A stretch of 64,000 nt of DNA from an uncultured delta proteobacterium (lineage in GTDB: Bacteria; Desulfobacterota; Binatia; HRBIN30; BPIQ01). Under the pieces are notes generated by a model. It ran no database searches, was not told where the DNA came from, and saw only the letters and a program-made list of their open reading frames with translations. The stretch is from the NCBI GenBank assembly GCA_963761335.1, contig CAVXGR010000012.1, positions 64,001 through 128,000 on the forward strand, written 5' to 3'. The position numbers and the translations under genes were made by a program. Positions within the stretch are counted from its first letter, which is position 1; each line of letters begins with the position of its first letter. Shown piece by piece: positions 41,193-54,402 of the stretch.

Positions 41193-42149
41193 TCAACGCC
41201 CCAGCGACAGGATCCGCTCGAGGAAATGCGCGCGGAATCTCTCCGCGTCGACCGAGGTCGCACAGCGCATCGGCGCGGTGCCGGAAGAGCCGGGCGGCCG
41301 CTCGATGGTCCGAAAGACGCCGTCGACGACGACCGCCTCGACGGACAGATCCTCGAAGCGGCAGAACGATTCGTCGTAGACACAGGCCATCGCCAGAGGA
41401 TCGTGCAGGAAGGCGACGTTGTCGCCGTCCATTGCCGCTCCCATGCCGCTGAAGATGGAGCTCATCAGCGGCGTCCATTGGCGCACGGCCGCGGCCAGGG
41501 CGCGGTGCAGAGGCGTGCCGGCTGCCTCGATGGCGCGCAGATCCTCTTGGCGCAGCCACGTCTGCAGGGTGACGTCGGCGGTGACCAAGCGCGTCGGGAT
41601 TCCCGCGTGCAGGACGCGCAATGAAGCCGGCGGATCGGAGCACAGGTTGTAGTCGACGCCCGCGGGAAACTCGACGCCGCCGTAAGCGACGCGGCGCAGA
41701 TGACCGCCCATCACCGTCAGCCGCGCGATGCGGCCGGCCATGGACGGATCGCGCTGCAGAGCTCTCGCCAGGTTGGTGAGCGGCCCCACGGCGACCAGCT
41801 CAAGGGGACCGTCGGCGGCGAACAGCCGCAGGAGCGCCTGCACCGCCTCCTCGCGCTCGACGGGCGGCGGAGGCGCCTGCGGATCGAGGATCCCCTTGCC
41901 CTCGTGTCCCAGCCAGAGAAAGGCGTCGCCGCCCGACAGTGCCTCGCGGCTGCCGGCATACACCGGAACGTCGCCATGTCCGGCGAGCTCGAGGAGCCGC
42001 TTGCTGATCTGCGCCCGGATGGCGGTGTCCTGGCTCACATGGGTGACGGCGACGACCTCGATATCCGGCGCCGCGAGCGCCAGGCACAGGCCGAGGGCGT
42101 CGTCGACGTCGCCGCCCATGTCGGTATCGAGGACGATGCGATGCTTCAT
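41193..42149 (-). CDS. Nucleoside hydrolase (IUNH family)
   Basis: LDTDMGGDVDD, GPLTNLA, LHDPLA. Confidence 0.92.
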   Translation of the reverse strand: MKHRIVLDTDMGGDVDDALGLCLALAAPDIEVVAVTHVSQDTAIRAQISKRLLELAGHGDVPVYAGSREALSGGDAFLWLGHEGKGILDPQAPPPPVEREEAVQALLRLFAADGPLELVAVGPLTNLARALQRDPSMAGRIARLTVMGGHLRRVAYGGVEFPAGVDYNLCSDPPASLRVLHAGIPTRLVTADVTLQTWLRQEDLRAIEAAGTPLHRALAAAVRQWTPLMSSIFSGMGAAMDGDNVAFLHDPLAMACVYDESFCRFEDLSVEAVVVDGVFRTIERPPGSSGTAPMRCATSVDAERFRAHFLERILSLGR

Positions 42150-42223
42150 GGCACTCTCCTGCGCCTGCTCACCTTGACCGAGTACGGGTGCCGTGCTTGG
42201 GTACGCGGTCGATGAGTTCAGGC

Positions 42224-43510
42224 ATGACGAGAACGCTGGTCGCCGATCTTCGCCCACACATCGGCGAGCCGGTTCTGTTGAAGGGCTGGGTGTATCGCCT
42301 GCGGGAAACCAAGTCCACCGTCTTCATCGTTCTGCGCGACTGCTCGGGGACGATCCAGGTGGTCGCCGGTCCGGCAGCCCTGCGCGGACGGGGCGTGCAT
42401 ACCGACTGCGCCGTGGCCATCTGCGGCCGCCCGCGCGCCGACGAGCGCGCCCCCGGGGGCATGGAGGTCGACCTCGACGACATCGAGGTGCTCGGCGACG
42501 CCGAGCAGAACCTGCCGTTCAGCGCCACCTCGAATCTCGAGGGAATCTCCCAGGACCTCATCCTCAACTACCGGCCGCTGTCGCTGCGCACCGAACGCGG
42601 CTCGACCATCTTCCGGGTGCAGGCGGCGCTCGCCGAAGGCTTTCGCGAGGCGCTGCGGCGGCGGCGCTTCCTCGAGATCTTCACCTCCAAGATCGTCTCC
42701 GGCGGCACCGAGGGCGGCAGCAATCTGTTCCAGATCCGTTACTTCAACCGCGCCGCCTATCTGGCGCAGAGCCCGCAGTTCTACAAGGAGCACGGCGTCG
42801 CCGGCCTCGAGCGCGTCTTCGAGACCGGGCATGTGTACCGCGCCGAGCCGCACGCCTCGTCGCGGCATCTGACGGAGTACTACTCGCTCGATTTCGAGAT
42901 GGGGTTCATCTGCGGCCCGCGGGACGTCATCGAGATGGAGCGCGAGGTGCTCGACGAGATGTTCGCCACCATCCGCTCGCGCTTCGCCGATCCGCTCGAG
43001 AAATTCCCGTCGTACCTTCCCGAGCTCGGCAAGGCGCCGGTATGGGAGTTCGACGAGTGCCTCGACCGGCTGCGCCGAGTCCACGATCGCAGCGATCTCA
43101 AGGACGACCTCGATCCGGAAGCGGAGCGCCAGCTGTGCGCCATGGCGGAGGAGGAATCCGGGGTGGCGGCGGTCTTCGTCCTCGGCTTCCCGCTGTCGAA
43201 TCGGCCGTTCTACACGCACCCGACCGCCGACGGCCGCCGCGCCGAGGGCTTCGACCTGCTTTTCCGCGGCGTCGAGATCACCACCGGCGGCCAGCGCCTG
43301 CACAGGCGCGCCGATCTCGAGGCGGCCCTGCGGGCGCGCGGTATCGATCCCGCGGCGTTCGAGTCTCACCTGCGCATGTTCGACATCGGCATGCCGCCGC
43401 ACGGCGGCCTGGCGATCGGCCTCGAGCGCCTCACCTCACAGATCCTCGGCCTCAAGAACGTCCGCGAGGCCACCCTCTATCCGCGCGACGTCAACCGCAT
43501 CGAGCCCTGA
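42224..43510 (+). CDS. aspS: Archaeal-type (likely non-discriminating) aspartate--tRNA(Asp/Asn) ligase
   Basis: LAQSPQFYK, YRAE, EITTGGQR, GMPPHGGLAIGLER. ~428 aa with no GAD insertion. Confidence 0.88.
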   Translation: MTRTLVADLRPHIGEPVLLKGWVYRLRETKSTVFIVLRDCSGTIQVVAGPAALRGRGVHTDCAVAICGRPRADERAPGGMEVDLDDIEVLGDAEQNLPFSATSNLEGISQDLILNYRPLSLRTERGSTIFRVQAALAEGFREALRRRRFLEIFTSKIVSGGTEGGSNLFQIRYFNRAAYLAQSPQFYKEHGVAGLERVFETGHVYRAEPHASSRHLTEYYSLDFEMGFICGPRDVIEMEREVLDEMFATIRSRFADPLEKFPSYLPELGKAPVWEFDECLDRLRRVHDRSDLKDDLDPEAERQLCAMAEEESGVAAVFVLGFPLSNRPFYTHPTADGRRAEGFDLLFRGVEITTGGQRLHRRADLEAALRARGIDPAAFESHLRMFDIGMPPHGGLAIGLERLTSQILGLKNVREATLYPRDVNRIEP

Positions 43511-43617
43511 CGACGGGGACAGTGCATCATGAGCCTTGCGGCTCACCAGTAGACGATGAAAATGAGGCCGGGGATCTCCCCGGCAAGAGATTTGGAGGTT
43601 CTCGCCTGGGCGAAGCT

Positions 43618-43886
43618 CGCCCCGGAGGGGCGGCGGCGTGTAGCCCCCGGTGAAACCCGGGGAAAAATGCGCGCTCCGTCATAGGCGCCCCGTCAGGGGC
43701 GCGGGCAGATTTTCGTCGATGTCGCACCTGTACGCCGATGATCACCGCTGGGTGCGTGGGAAGCTCATCGAGGTGATTCACGCGGTTTCTACGCCCGCGC
43801 CCCTCCGGGGCACTGATCTGGGCCGAAATCGGAACGCGGTCCCCGGGTTAACACCCGGGGCTACATGCCCGCGCCCCTCCGGGGCG
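43618..43886. repeat. Inverted pair of GTAG-type REP-like elements between convergent genes
   Basis: 43618-43662 is the approximate reverse complement of 43841-43886. Confidence 0.75.
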
Positions 43887-44051
43887 ATAATCTCCACGCC
43901 AACCGCTGGGGCGGTCATCTCCCAACCGCCGGGGCTCCGCCGGACCTTCACCCAAGACATTTTCGAAGCAGGCCACTTTTGCCTCTCGGCACCTGATCCC
44001 TGCCGCCGATCCGGCCGCAAAAGTTGCCTGTCCCCATCAAGGCTGTCCCCA

Positions 44052-45071
44052 TCACGGCCGCAGCTCCTCCGGGGCGCGCATCAAACGCGCCGCAAAATCG
44101 ATGACCCGCAGCGCCGCATCGGGAGCCGCGACTGCGGCAACCCGTGCCGCGCCGATGGTGCGCCGCATCATCTCGATGCCGGCGTAGCGGACGACATCGC
44201 GGAAAGCGGGTATCTGGCTGCCGTGCGCTGCGACATAGGCGCGCCACACGGCTCGTACCCCGGCCACTCCGCGGCCGGCGTCTCGGGCCGCCACGGCCGG
44301 CAACAGCACGTGCGCCGCGAGCGTCCCCACGTCGAAGGCCGGGTCGCCGACGTGGGCGATCTCGGCATCGAGCAGCTTGGTGCCGCGACCGCCGAGGAGG
44401 ACGTTGCCGCCCTGCACGTCGGCGTGCACCAGGGCACCGCGCGGCTCGAGATAGCGGCGGTAGGCCGCCGCGGCGATCTCGACCAGCGCCGTATCGCCCT
44501 GGATCGCCACCGCTCTCTCGTTCACTTCGGGCGGCAGGGGAAATTCGTTGGCACGGAAGGGCAGGTCGAAGATGTGCTCGCCGTGCAGGCGCCGCATGCC
44601 GTCGTTGGCGAACTCCGACGCCAGGCCGGGCTGCCGCGTCGCCGCGTGCACCGCGCCCAGAAACGCGCCGAGAGCCTCGAGCACCCCGAGCGGCTGCTCT
44701 CCCCGCGCCAGCACCTCGTCCAGGCGCGGCACCGCGCCGGCGTCCTCGAGAATCAGAACCCGTTCCGCCTCGTCAAAGGCGATGACATGCGGGCAGATGC
44801 CGGCCCCGGGCAGATCACGCGTCTTCTCGTAATAGCGATGCTCGAAGACGATGCGCTCGGTCGGCGCCTGGTACTCGGGGAAGCGCTCCAGCGAGGGGCG
44901 GGCCTGCTTGACGATCCACGAGGGCCCGTTGGCGTCGCGCGCCCGCCGCACCCAATTGATGTTGCCGTCGCCGGCCGGCTCGACCGTGATACCCGCTGCA
45001 TCGGCGACGACGCCGAGACGCACCAGGTAGTCGGGCAACGAGGCGTCGGTGAGAAATGTCTGCGGAGGCAT
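44052..45071 (-). CDS. Phosphotransferase, methylthioribose kinase-like
   Basis: GDGNINWV, IVKQA.P, LVHAD..GNV, DAE..GDPAFDVG. Confidence 0.8.
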   Translation of the reverse strand: MPPQTFLTDASLPDYLVRLGVVADAAGITVEPAGDGNINWVRRARDANGPSWIVKQARPSLERFPEYQAPTERIVFEHRYYEKTRDLPGAGICPHVIAFDEAERVLILEDAGAVPRLDEVLARGEQPLGVLEALGAFLGAVHAATRQPGLASEFANDGMRRLHGEHIFDLPFRANEFPLPPEVNERAVAIQGDTALVEIAAAAYRRYLEPRGALVHADVQGGNVLLGGRGTKLLDAEIAHVGDPAFDVGTLAAHVLLPAVAARDAGRGVAGVRAVWRAYVAAHGSQIPAFRDVVRYAGIEMMRRTIGAARVAAVAAPDAALRVIDFAARLMRAPEELRP

Positions 45072-45246
45072 GCAAGGTGAAGGATAGCCGTCTTCCGCTC
45101 GGAGCACGACGGTTTCGCCGCCGCCGTAGAAGCGGCGCCTCGCCGAGGCCGGCCACGTCGTCGAGCACCTTGGAGAACCGGTGACCGGGGATGGAGAACC
45201 GGCTAGCCGGGCTGGGGTGTGGTGTCGGCCGGCGCTCGGAGATTGA

Positions 45247-45646
45247 ATGCGAGGCGGCGTTCCCACATCTTCGTGCCCGCGGTGCCGGTCGCATCATCAA
45301 CATCGTCTCCCTCGCCGCCGAGCGCGGCGATCCGGGCCTGGGAAGCTACAACGCCGCCAAGATGGCCATCCTCGGGCTGTCGCGCACCGCGGCCCGCGAG
45401 TGGGGGCGGCACGGCATCCTGGTCAACTGCATCGCCCCGGCGGCGGCGAGCAAGCGCGGTCAGGACTACGCGGCGCGCGACCCGGAGCGCTTCGCGCGCA
45501 TCATGAGCGAGCGGCCCATCGGCCGGCTCGGCGATCCGCTCGAGGATATCGCGCCGATCGCCGTCTTCCTCGCGACCGAAGACTCGCGCTATCTGACCGG
45601 CCACACCTTCTACGCCGACGGTGGGGCGCACATATCCGCTGCATAG
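45247..45646 (+). pseudogene. SDR oxidoreductase, C-terminal half only
   Basis: GRIINIVS, YNAAK, VNCIAP, YLTGHTFYADGG. No TGxxxGxG N-terminus upstream. Confidence 0.75.
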
Positions 45647-45650
45647 ACTC

Positions 45651-46130
45651 ATGAAGCTCGGCCTCCAGGACCGCATCGCCGTGGTTACCGGCTCGAGTGC
45701 CGGCATCGGGCGCGCCATCGCCGGGGCGCTGGCGGACGAGGGCGCCGCCGTCGTCCTCAGCGCCCGCGGCGCCGAGCGCCTCGAGGAGACGCGGGCGGCG
45801 CTCACCAGCGCCGGCGCCATGGTCGAGGCCGTGGTCGCCGACGTATCGACCGCCGCCGGCGCCACCGAGGTGATCCAGGCCGCCATCCACCGCTTCGGGC
45901 GCATCGACATCCTGGTCAACAACGCCGGCGGCAGCCCCGGCCCGGCGGGTTTTCTGGCTCTGGCCGACGAGGACTGGCAACGCGCCTTCGACGACAACCT
46001 GATGAGCGCGGTGCGCTGCGCTCGTGCCGCCATTCCGCACATGCAGGAGCAGGGAGGCGGGCGCATCATCAACATCGCCTCCACCTCGGCGCATCAGCCC
46101 GACGTCATCGTCTGCCACTACAACGCCGCC

Positions 46131-46133
<3 letters not shown>
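45651..46133 (+). pseudogene. SDR oxidoreductase, truncated after YxxxK by tRNA-Leu sequence
   Basis: VTGSSAGIG, LVNNAG, YNAAK, then the frame runs into antisense tRNA. Confidence 0.75.
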
Positions 46134-46219
<86 letters not shown>

Positions 46220-46382
46220 GTACGACCGACTGTGTAGCGCCCGCGGAGTCGCTGGTCAAGGCATCCCTGGTCAGTGGCACATAGAGGGGAGGGGGGCTTC
46301 TCCGGCGCCGTCCCAGCGTTGCGCGGCCGCGGCGATTGGGATAGCCAGGACTCCATCGTTTTCCCTGTGCTGAGGATGGAAA

Positions 46383-49022
<2,640 letters not shown>

Positions 49023-49140
49023 GGAAGAGGATGGTTATCGGGTTTGCGGGTTGTCGGGTTTGTTGGTTCAGCAGTCCCGCTCGAAGCGTCAACCCGGGAA
49101 CCCGACCACTCGCAAACCCGGTAAGCCGATAGCCCGAAAG

Positions 49141-49992
49141 ATGGACCTCCCGCTCGCCGCCGTTCGATCATTCATCGCCGCCGCTCTCGCCGAGGACGTT
49201 GGCCGGGGCGACCTCACCACGCGGCTGACGGTCGCGGAGACGGCAACGGCGCTGGCGGTCATCTCGGCGAAGGAGGAGGCCGTGGTTGCCGGCGCCGCGC
49301 TGGTGCCGCTGGTCTTCGCCGAGGCCGGCGGCGGTGTCGAGGTCGAAAGCCGCGTCCGCGACGGCGAGCGCGTCTCTCCCGGGGTGGAGATCTGTCGAGC
49401 CCGCGGCCGCGCCCGCACGCTGCTGAGCGGCGAGCGCCTCGCCCTCAATCTTCTCCAGCAGCTCTCCGGCGTGGCGACGCTGACGCGTCGCTTCGCCGAC
49501 GCCGTACAGGGAACCGGGGCGCGCATCGTCGACACCCGCAAGACGGTGCCGGGCATGCGCCTGCTGCAGAAGTACGCGGTGCGCGTCGGCGGCGGCAGCA
49601 ATCACCGCTTCGGACTCGACGACGGCATCCTCATCAAGGACAACCACATCGCCGCGGCCGGCGGTATCGGCGCCGCCGTCGCCCGCGCCCGCGCCGGTGC
49701 TCCGCACGGCCTCGGCATCGAGGTCGAGTGCGAGAGCATGGCAGAGGTGCGCGAGGCGCTGGCGGCTGGGGCCGACATCATCCTTCTCGACAACATGAGC
49801 GCGGCGATCATGCGCGAGGCGGCGGAGCTCATCGGCGGGCGCGCCCGCAGCGAAGCCTCGGGGGGCATCCGCCTCGACACCGTGCGGGCCGCGGCCGAAG
49901 CCGGAGTCGATCTGATCTCGGTCGGGTCACTGACGCACTCGGCGCCGGCGGTCGACATTCACATGCAGCTCGAGGGCCTCGGCGACGCCTGA
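49141..49992 (+). CDS. nadC: Nicotinate-nucleotide pyrophosphorylase (quinolinate PRTase)
   Basis: DTRKTVPG, NHRFGL.D, IKDNH, LLDN, EASGG. Confidence 0.95.
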   Translation: MDLPLAAVRSFIAAALAEDVGRGDLTTRLTVAETATALAVISAKEEAVVAGAALVPLVFAEAGGGVEVESRVRDGERVSPGVEICRARGRARTLLSGERLALNLLQQLSGVATLTRRFADAVQGTGARIVDTRKTVPGMRLLQKYAVRVGGGSNHRFGLDDGILIKDNHIAAAGGIGAAVARARAGAPHGLGIEVECESMAEVREALAAGADIILLDNMSAAIMREAAELIGGRARSEASGGIRLDTVRAAAEAGVDLISVGSLTHSAPAVDIHMQLEGLGDA

Positions 49993-49995
49993 CCG

Positions 49996-50811
49996 ATGGC
50001 GAAGATCGCTGCCGCGGAGGTGCGGCGCGCCGCTCATCTGGGGCGCCTCGGTTGCGAGATCGAGTCCTTCGACGAGCTCGGCTCCACCAACACCGAAGCG
50101 GCGGCGCGCGCCCGCGCCGGTGCGCCCGAGGGGCTGCTGGTGCTCGCCGATGCGCAGAGCCGCGGCCGCGGCCGTCTCGGACGTTCCTGGGTGTCTCCTC
50201 CCGGCCGCAATCTCTACGCCTCGCTGGTCCTGCGCCCGCCGCTGCCGCCGGCGCAGGTGCCGCTGATCACCCTGACCGCGGGCCTGGCGGTGGCCGAGAC
50301 GGTGGCCCACTGGGTCGGCGAGCGCACCCGCATCAAATGGCCCAACGACGTCGTCGTCGACGGCCGCAAGATCGCCGGAATCCTCAGCGAGATGGACACC
50401 GACGGGGGCGGCGTGCGCTTCGTGATCGTCGGCATCGGGGTGAACGTCAACGCCACTGCCGGCGATTTCCCGCCCGAGGTTCGCCCCCTGGCGACCTCGC
50501 TGTGGCAATGCACCGGGGCTGCCGTCGACCGTGCCGCCGTCTGTGCCCGCCTGCTCTCGCGCCTGGAGCTCTGGTACGAGGCTCTGCTGCAGCGCGGCTT
50601 CTCGCCCATCGCCGCCGAGTGGAACCGCTGGGACATGCTGCGCGGGCGGCAGGTGCAGGTGCAGGACGGGCCGCGGCGGATCGAGGGACGCGTCGAGGGG
50701 ATCGGCGACGACGGGCGGCTGCGGCTGCTTGCCGATGCCGGCGTCGAGCTGATCGCGGCCGGGGACGTCACCGTTCTCAAGGCGGAAAATCTCGTCGCGA
50801 CGCGCATTTGA
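49996..50811 (+). CDS. birA: Biotin--protein ligase
   Basis: STN, Q..GRGRLGR.W, KWPND, KIAGIL. Confidence 0.95.
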   Translation: MAKIAAAEVRRAAHLGRLGCEIESFDELGSTNTEAAARARAGAPEGLLVLADAQSRGRGRLGRSWVSPPGRNLYASLVLRPPLPPAQVPLITLTAGLAVAETVAHWVGERTRIKWPNDVVVDGRKIAGILSEMDTDGGGVRFVIVGIGVNVNATAGDFPPEVRPLATSLWQCTGAAVDRAAVCARLLSRLELWYEALLQRGFSPIAAEWNRWDMLRGRQVQVQDGPRRIEGRVEGIGDDGRLRLLADAGVELIAAGDVTVLKAENLVATRI

Positions 50812-50859
50812 ACCAATGATCTGATCTGATATCAAAATCCTGACCCCAGGGCCTGCGGC

Positions 50860-51627
50860 ATGTCCATGTTCCTCGCGATCGACGTCGGCAATACCCACAC
50901 GGTCCTCGGCATGTACGAGGACCAGCAGCTGCGCCGGCACTGGCGCCTGCAGACGGATCCCGGCCGCACCGTGGACGAGTACGGCCTCATGGTCCGCAGC
51001 CTCTTCGACGCCGCTCATCTCCGCCAGCTGCAGGGCATCGCCGTTGCCTGCGTGGTGCCGCCCATGACCGCCGTCATCGAGGAGATGTGTCGCACCTACC
51101 TCGGCAACGATCCCCTGATCGTCGGGCCCGGAGTGAAGACGGGGGTGCAGATCTTCTACGAGAACCCCCGCGAGGTCGGCGCCGACCGTATCGTCAACGC
51201 GATCGCCGCCTACGAGCGCACCGCGGACGCCACCATCGTCGTCGACTTCGGCACCGCCACCACCTTCGACTGCATTTCCAAGAAGGGCGACTACCTCGGC
51301 GGCGTCATCACGCCGGGTCTGGGGATCGCCAGCGACGCCCTGTTCGACCGCGCCGCCAAGCTCTATCGCGTCGAGTTCACCAAGCCCAAGCAGGTGATCG
51401 GGCGAAACACGCGCCATGCAATCCAGTCCGGCTTGATCTACGGGTACGTGTCGCTGGTCGACGGCATCGTGCAGCGGGTTCGCCGGGAGATGCGCTGCGA
51501 GGCCCGCGTGCTCGCCACCGGCGGCTACGCGGCGCTGCTGGCGCCGGAATCGGAGACCATCGAGAGCGTCGACGAGTTTCTCACCCTCGACGGGCTGCGC
51601 ATATTGTACGATAGGAACCGAGAGTGA
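50860..51627 (+). CDS. coaX: Type III pantothenate kinase
   Basis: IDVGNT, GADR, VDFGTATT, ATGG. Confidence 0.95.
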   Translation: MSMFLAIDVGNTHTVLGMYEDQQLRRHWRLQTDPGRTVDEYGLMVRSLFDAAHLRQLQGIAVACVVPPMTAVIEEMCRTYLGNDPLIVGPGVKTGVQIFYENPREVGADRIVNAIAAYERTADATIVVDFGTATTFDCISKKGDYLGGVITPGLGIASDALFDRAAKLYRVEFTKPKQVIGRNTRHAIQSGLIYGYVSLVDGIVQRVRREMRCEARVLATGGYAALLAPESETIESVDEFLTLDGLRILYDRNRE

Positions 51628-51712
51628 CGGCTTTGGCTCAGGCGGCGGCTGACACGACCGCAAAAGTCTGATCGACGCGAGCCGGCGCCGAGCGAACCGA
51701 TTGGGAGGGAAA

Positions 51713-53791
51713 ATGGCTGACGACGTCAAACTCATTCGCAACCTCGGAATCGTCGGGCAGGGCGGTGCCGGCAAGACCTCGCTCGCCGAGGCCCTGCTGT
51801 TCGTGGGCGGCGGCACCAACCGCCTCGGCCGAGTGGACGATGGCAGCTCCAACTTCGACTTCGAGCCCGAAGAGGTGCGCCGGCAGATCACGCTGACCTC
51901 GGCCCTGCACCACCTCGCCTGGAAGAAGCACGAGATCACCCTCATCGACACCCCGGGGTACGCCAACTTCCTCGCCGACGGCCTCAACTGCATGCGCGGC
52001 TTTACCGGGCTGGCGTTCGTGCTGGCCCCCGCCGCCGGCGAGCTCAAGGTCGAGGCGGAGAAGGTGTGGGCGCAGGCCAACAAGCTGCAGCTGCCGCGCC
52101 TCGCCTTCGTCTCCAAGATGGACCGCGAGCGCGCCGACTTCGAGGCCGCGGTCGACGATTTCACCAAGGTCCTCGGGGCGCGCCCGGCGGTGCTCCAGCT
52201 TCCCATCGGTGCCGCGGAGTCCTTCCGCGGCACCATCGATCTGCTGCGGATGAAGGCCCTGGTCGCCGCCGCGGACGGCTCGGTGAAGGAGGAGGAGATT
52301 CCGCCGGAGCTCGAGGCGGAGGCGAGTGCCGCCCGCGAGAAGCTGATCGAGACGGCCGCCGAGGCCAACGACGATCTGGTCGAGCGCTACCTGGAAGAGG
52401 GGACACTCACCGACGACGAGCTGCTCTCGGCGCTGCGCGAAGGGACGCGCACCGGCAAGTTCGTGCCCGTGCTCTGCGGCTCCGGGAGCAGCCTCGCGGG
52501 AGCGACGGCACTGCTCGATGCCGCCATCGAGCTGCTGCCGTCGCCCGTCGAGGCCGCCCCGATGGAAGGTACCGATCCAAAGATCCACGAGCCGCTGAAT
52601 CGTCCGCGCGACCCCTCGGCGCCGTTCTCGGGCTTCGTCCTCAAGACGATCGTCGACCCGTTCGCCGGCCGCCTCTCCGTGTTCCAGGTGGTCTCCGGCA
52701 CGCTGCACTCCGACGGCAACGTGCTCAACACCACCAAGGACTCGCGCGAGCACATCGGCCACCTGCTGCGGGTCGAGGGAAAGAAGCAGCAGCAGATCGC
52801 CCAGGCGATCGCCGGCGAGATCGTCGCCGTCGCCAAGCTCAAGGACACCGCCAGCGGCGATACGCTCGCCGACGAGAAGGCCCCCATCGTCTACCCGCCA
52901 CTCCCCGAGTACTCCTCGGCGATCTCCTTCGCCCTCGAGCCGAAGAGCAAGGGCGACGAGGAGAAGGCCTCGCAGGCGCTGCAGCGCATGATGGAGGAGG
53001 ATCTGACGCTCAAGGTGCATCGCGACCCGCAGACCAATGAGCTCATTCTCTCCGGTGTCGGCCAGCTGCACGTCGAGGTGACCGTCGAGAAGCTCAAGCG
53101 CAAGTACGGCGTCGAGGTCGAGCTGAAGACGCCCAAGGTCCCCTACAAGGAGACCATCAAGGGGAGGGCCAAGGCCCAGGGACGCCTCAAGAAGCAGACC
53201 GGCGGCCGCGGCCAGTTCGGCGACGCCTGGCTGGAGGTGGAGCCCCTGCCGCGCGGCGAGGGCTTCGAGTTCGCCAATCAGATCGTCGGCGGCGTGGTGC
53301 CGCGGCAGTACATTCCGGCGGTGGAGAAGGGGATTCGCGAGGCCATGACCGAGGGCTTCCTGGCCGGTTATCCCATGGTCGACGTCAAGGCGATACTCTA
53401 CGACGGCTCCTACCACGAGGTGGACTCCTCGGAGATGGCGTTCAAGATCGCCGCCTCGCTCGGCTTCAAGGCCGCCGTGAGCCAGGCAAAGCCGATCCTG
53501 CTCGAGCCGGTGATGCAGATGGAGGTGATCGTCCCCGACGACTGCATGGGCGACGTCATCGGCGACCTCAACAGCCGCCGCGGCAAGGTGCTCGGCGTCG
53601 ACCCGCGTCCGAACGGTCAGCTGATCCGCGCCATGGTGCCCATGGCCGAGGTGCTCAAGTACGCCCCCGACCTGCGCTCGATGACCGGCGGGCGCGGCAG
53701 CTTCTCGATCGAGTTCGGGCGCTACGAGGAGCTGCCGGCGCATCTGACCGAGAAGGTGGTCAAGGAAACCGAGGCCGCCAAGAAGGAGTGA
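51713..53791 (+). CDS. fusA: Elongation factor G-like protein (EF-G2-type paralogue)
   Basis: GAGKT, DTPG, SKMD, KKQTGGRGQFG, DGSYHEVDSSE. Divergent G1 and not in an rps/tuf operon. Confidence 0.9.
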   Translation: MADDVKLIRNLGIVGQGGAGKTSLAEALLFVGGGTNRLGRVDDGSSNFDFEPEEVRRQITLTSALHHLAWKKHEITLIDTPGYANFLADGLNCMRGFTGLAFVLAPAAGELKVEAEKVWAQANKLQLPRLAFVSKMDRERADFEAAVDDFTKVLGARPAVLQLPIGAAESFRGTIDLLRMKALVAAADGSVKEEEIPPELEAEASAAREKLIETAAEANDDLVERYLEEGTLTDDELLSALREGTRTGKFVPVLCGSGSSLAGATALLDAAIELLPSPVEAAPMEGTDPKIHEPLNRPRDPSAPFSGFVLKTIVDPFAGRLSVFQVVSGTLHSDGNVLNTTKDSREHIGHLLRVEGKKQQQIAQAIAGEIVAVAKLKDTASGDTLADEKAPIVYPPLPEYSSAISFALEPKSKGDEEKASQALQRMMEEDLTLKVHRDPQTNELILSGVGQLHVEVTVEKLKRKYGVEVELKTPKVPYKETIKGRAKAQGRLKKQTGGRGQFGDAWLEVEPLPRGEGFEFANQIVGGVVPRQYIPAVEKGIREAMTEGFLAGYPMVDVKAILYDGSYHEVDSSEMAFKIAASLGFKAAVSQAKPILLEPVMQMEVIVPDDCMGDVIGDLNSRRGKVLGVDPRPNGQLIRAMVPMAEVLKYAPDLRSMTGGRGSFSIEFGRYEELPAHLTEKVVKETEAAKKE

Positions 53792-54324
53792 TGAGCGAGG
53801 AGCGCAGCGAAGAGCTCGAAGCGATCGCCGAGGAGGTCCAGCATGGGAGGGACCGCATCGCCGTTCCCGAGCAGCTGCTGGCCGAGCCGGCGCCACAGGA
53901 CGAGGAGACCAAGAGCCTCTACGCCCGCATCAAGGAGATGAGCGTCGGCCAGCGCATCAAGCTGGCCCTCAAGGGAAACCGCGACGCGCGTATCCTGCTG
54001 ATCCGCGACTCGAATCGCCTGGTGCAGCGTTTCGTGCTGCAGAACCCGCGCATCAGCGACGACGAGATCATCATGGTCTGCAAGAACCGCAACACCGATA
54101 CCGAGCTGCTGCGCGTGATTGCCGAGAATCGCGATTGGTCGCACAACTCCCAGGTGAAGCAGGCGCTGGTGCACAACCCGAAGACGCCGCTGACGACTTC
54201 GCTGCCGCTGGTCGGCTCAATCGGGGAGCGCGAGCTGCGCCTGCTCGCCAAGAACAAGAACGTGCCCTCGACCATCGCCTCGCGCGCCCGCCGCCTGCTG
54301 GTGGAGCGATACGAGAAGAAATAG
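53791..54324 (+). CDS. Conserved hypothetical helical protein
   Basis: Coupled to fusA. IKLALKGN..AR.LL.RD, NP..., ALV.NPKTP. Typical codon usage. Confidence 0.8.
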   Translation: MSEERSEELEAIAEEVQHGRDRIAVPEQLLAEPAPQDEETKSLYARIKEMSVGQRIKLALKGNRDARILLIRDSNRLVQRFVLQNPRISDDEIIMVCKNRNTDTELLRVIAENRDWSHNSQVKQALVHNPKTPLTTSLPLVGSIGERELRLLAKNKNVPSTIASRARRLLVERYEKK

Positions 54325-54402
54325 ATCCCCGGGACAGCGCCCATCTTGGGCGCAATTGCATTGAAAGAGCAGAAGCGCCCAAGACGGGCGCGGTCCCGGG
54401 GA

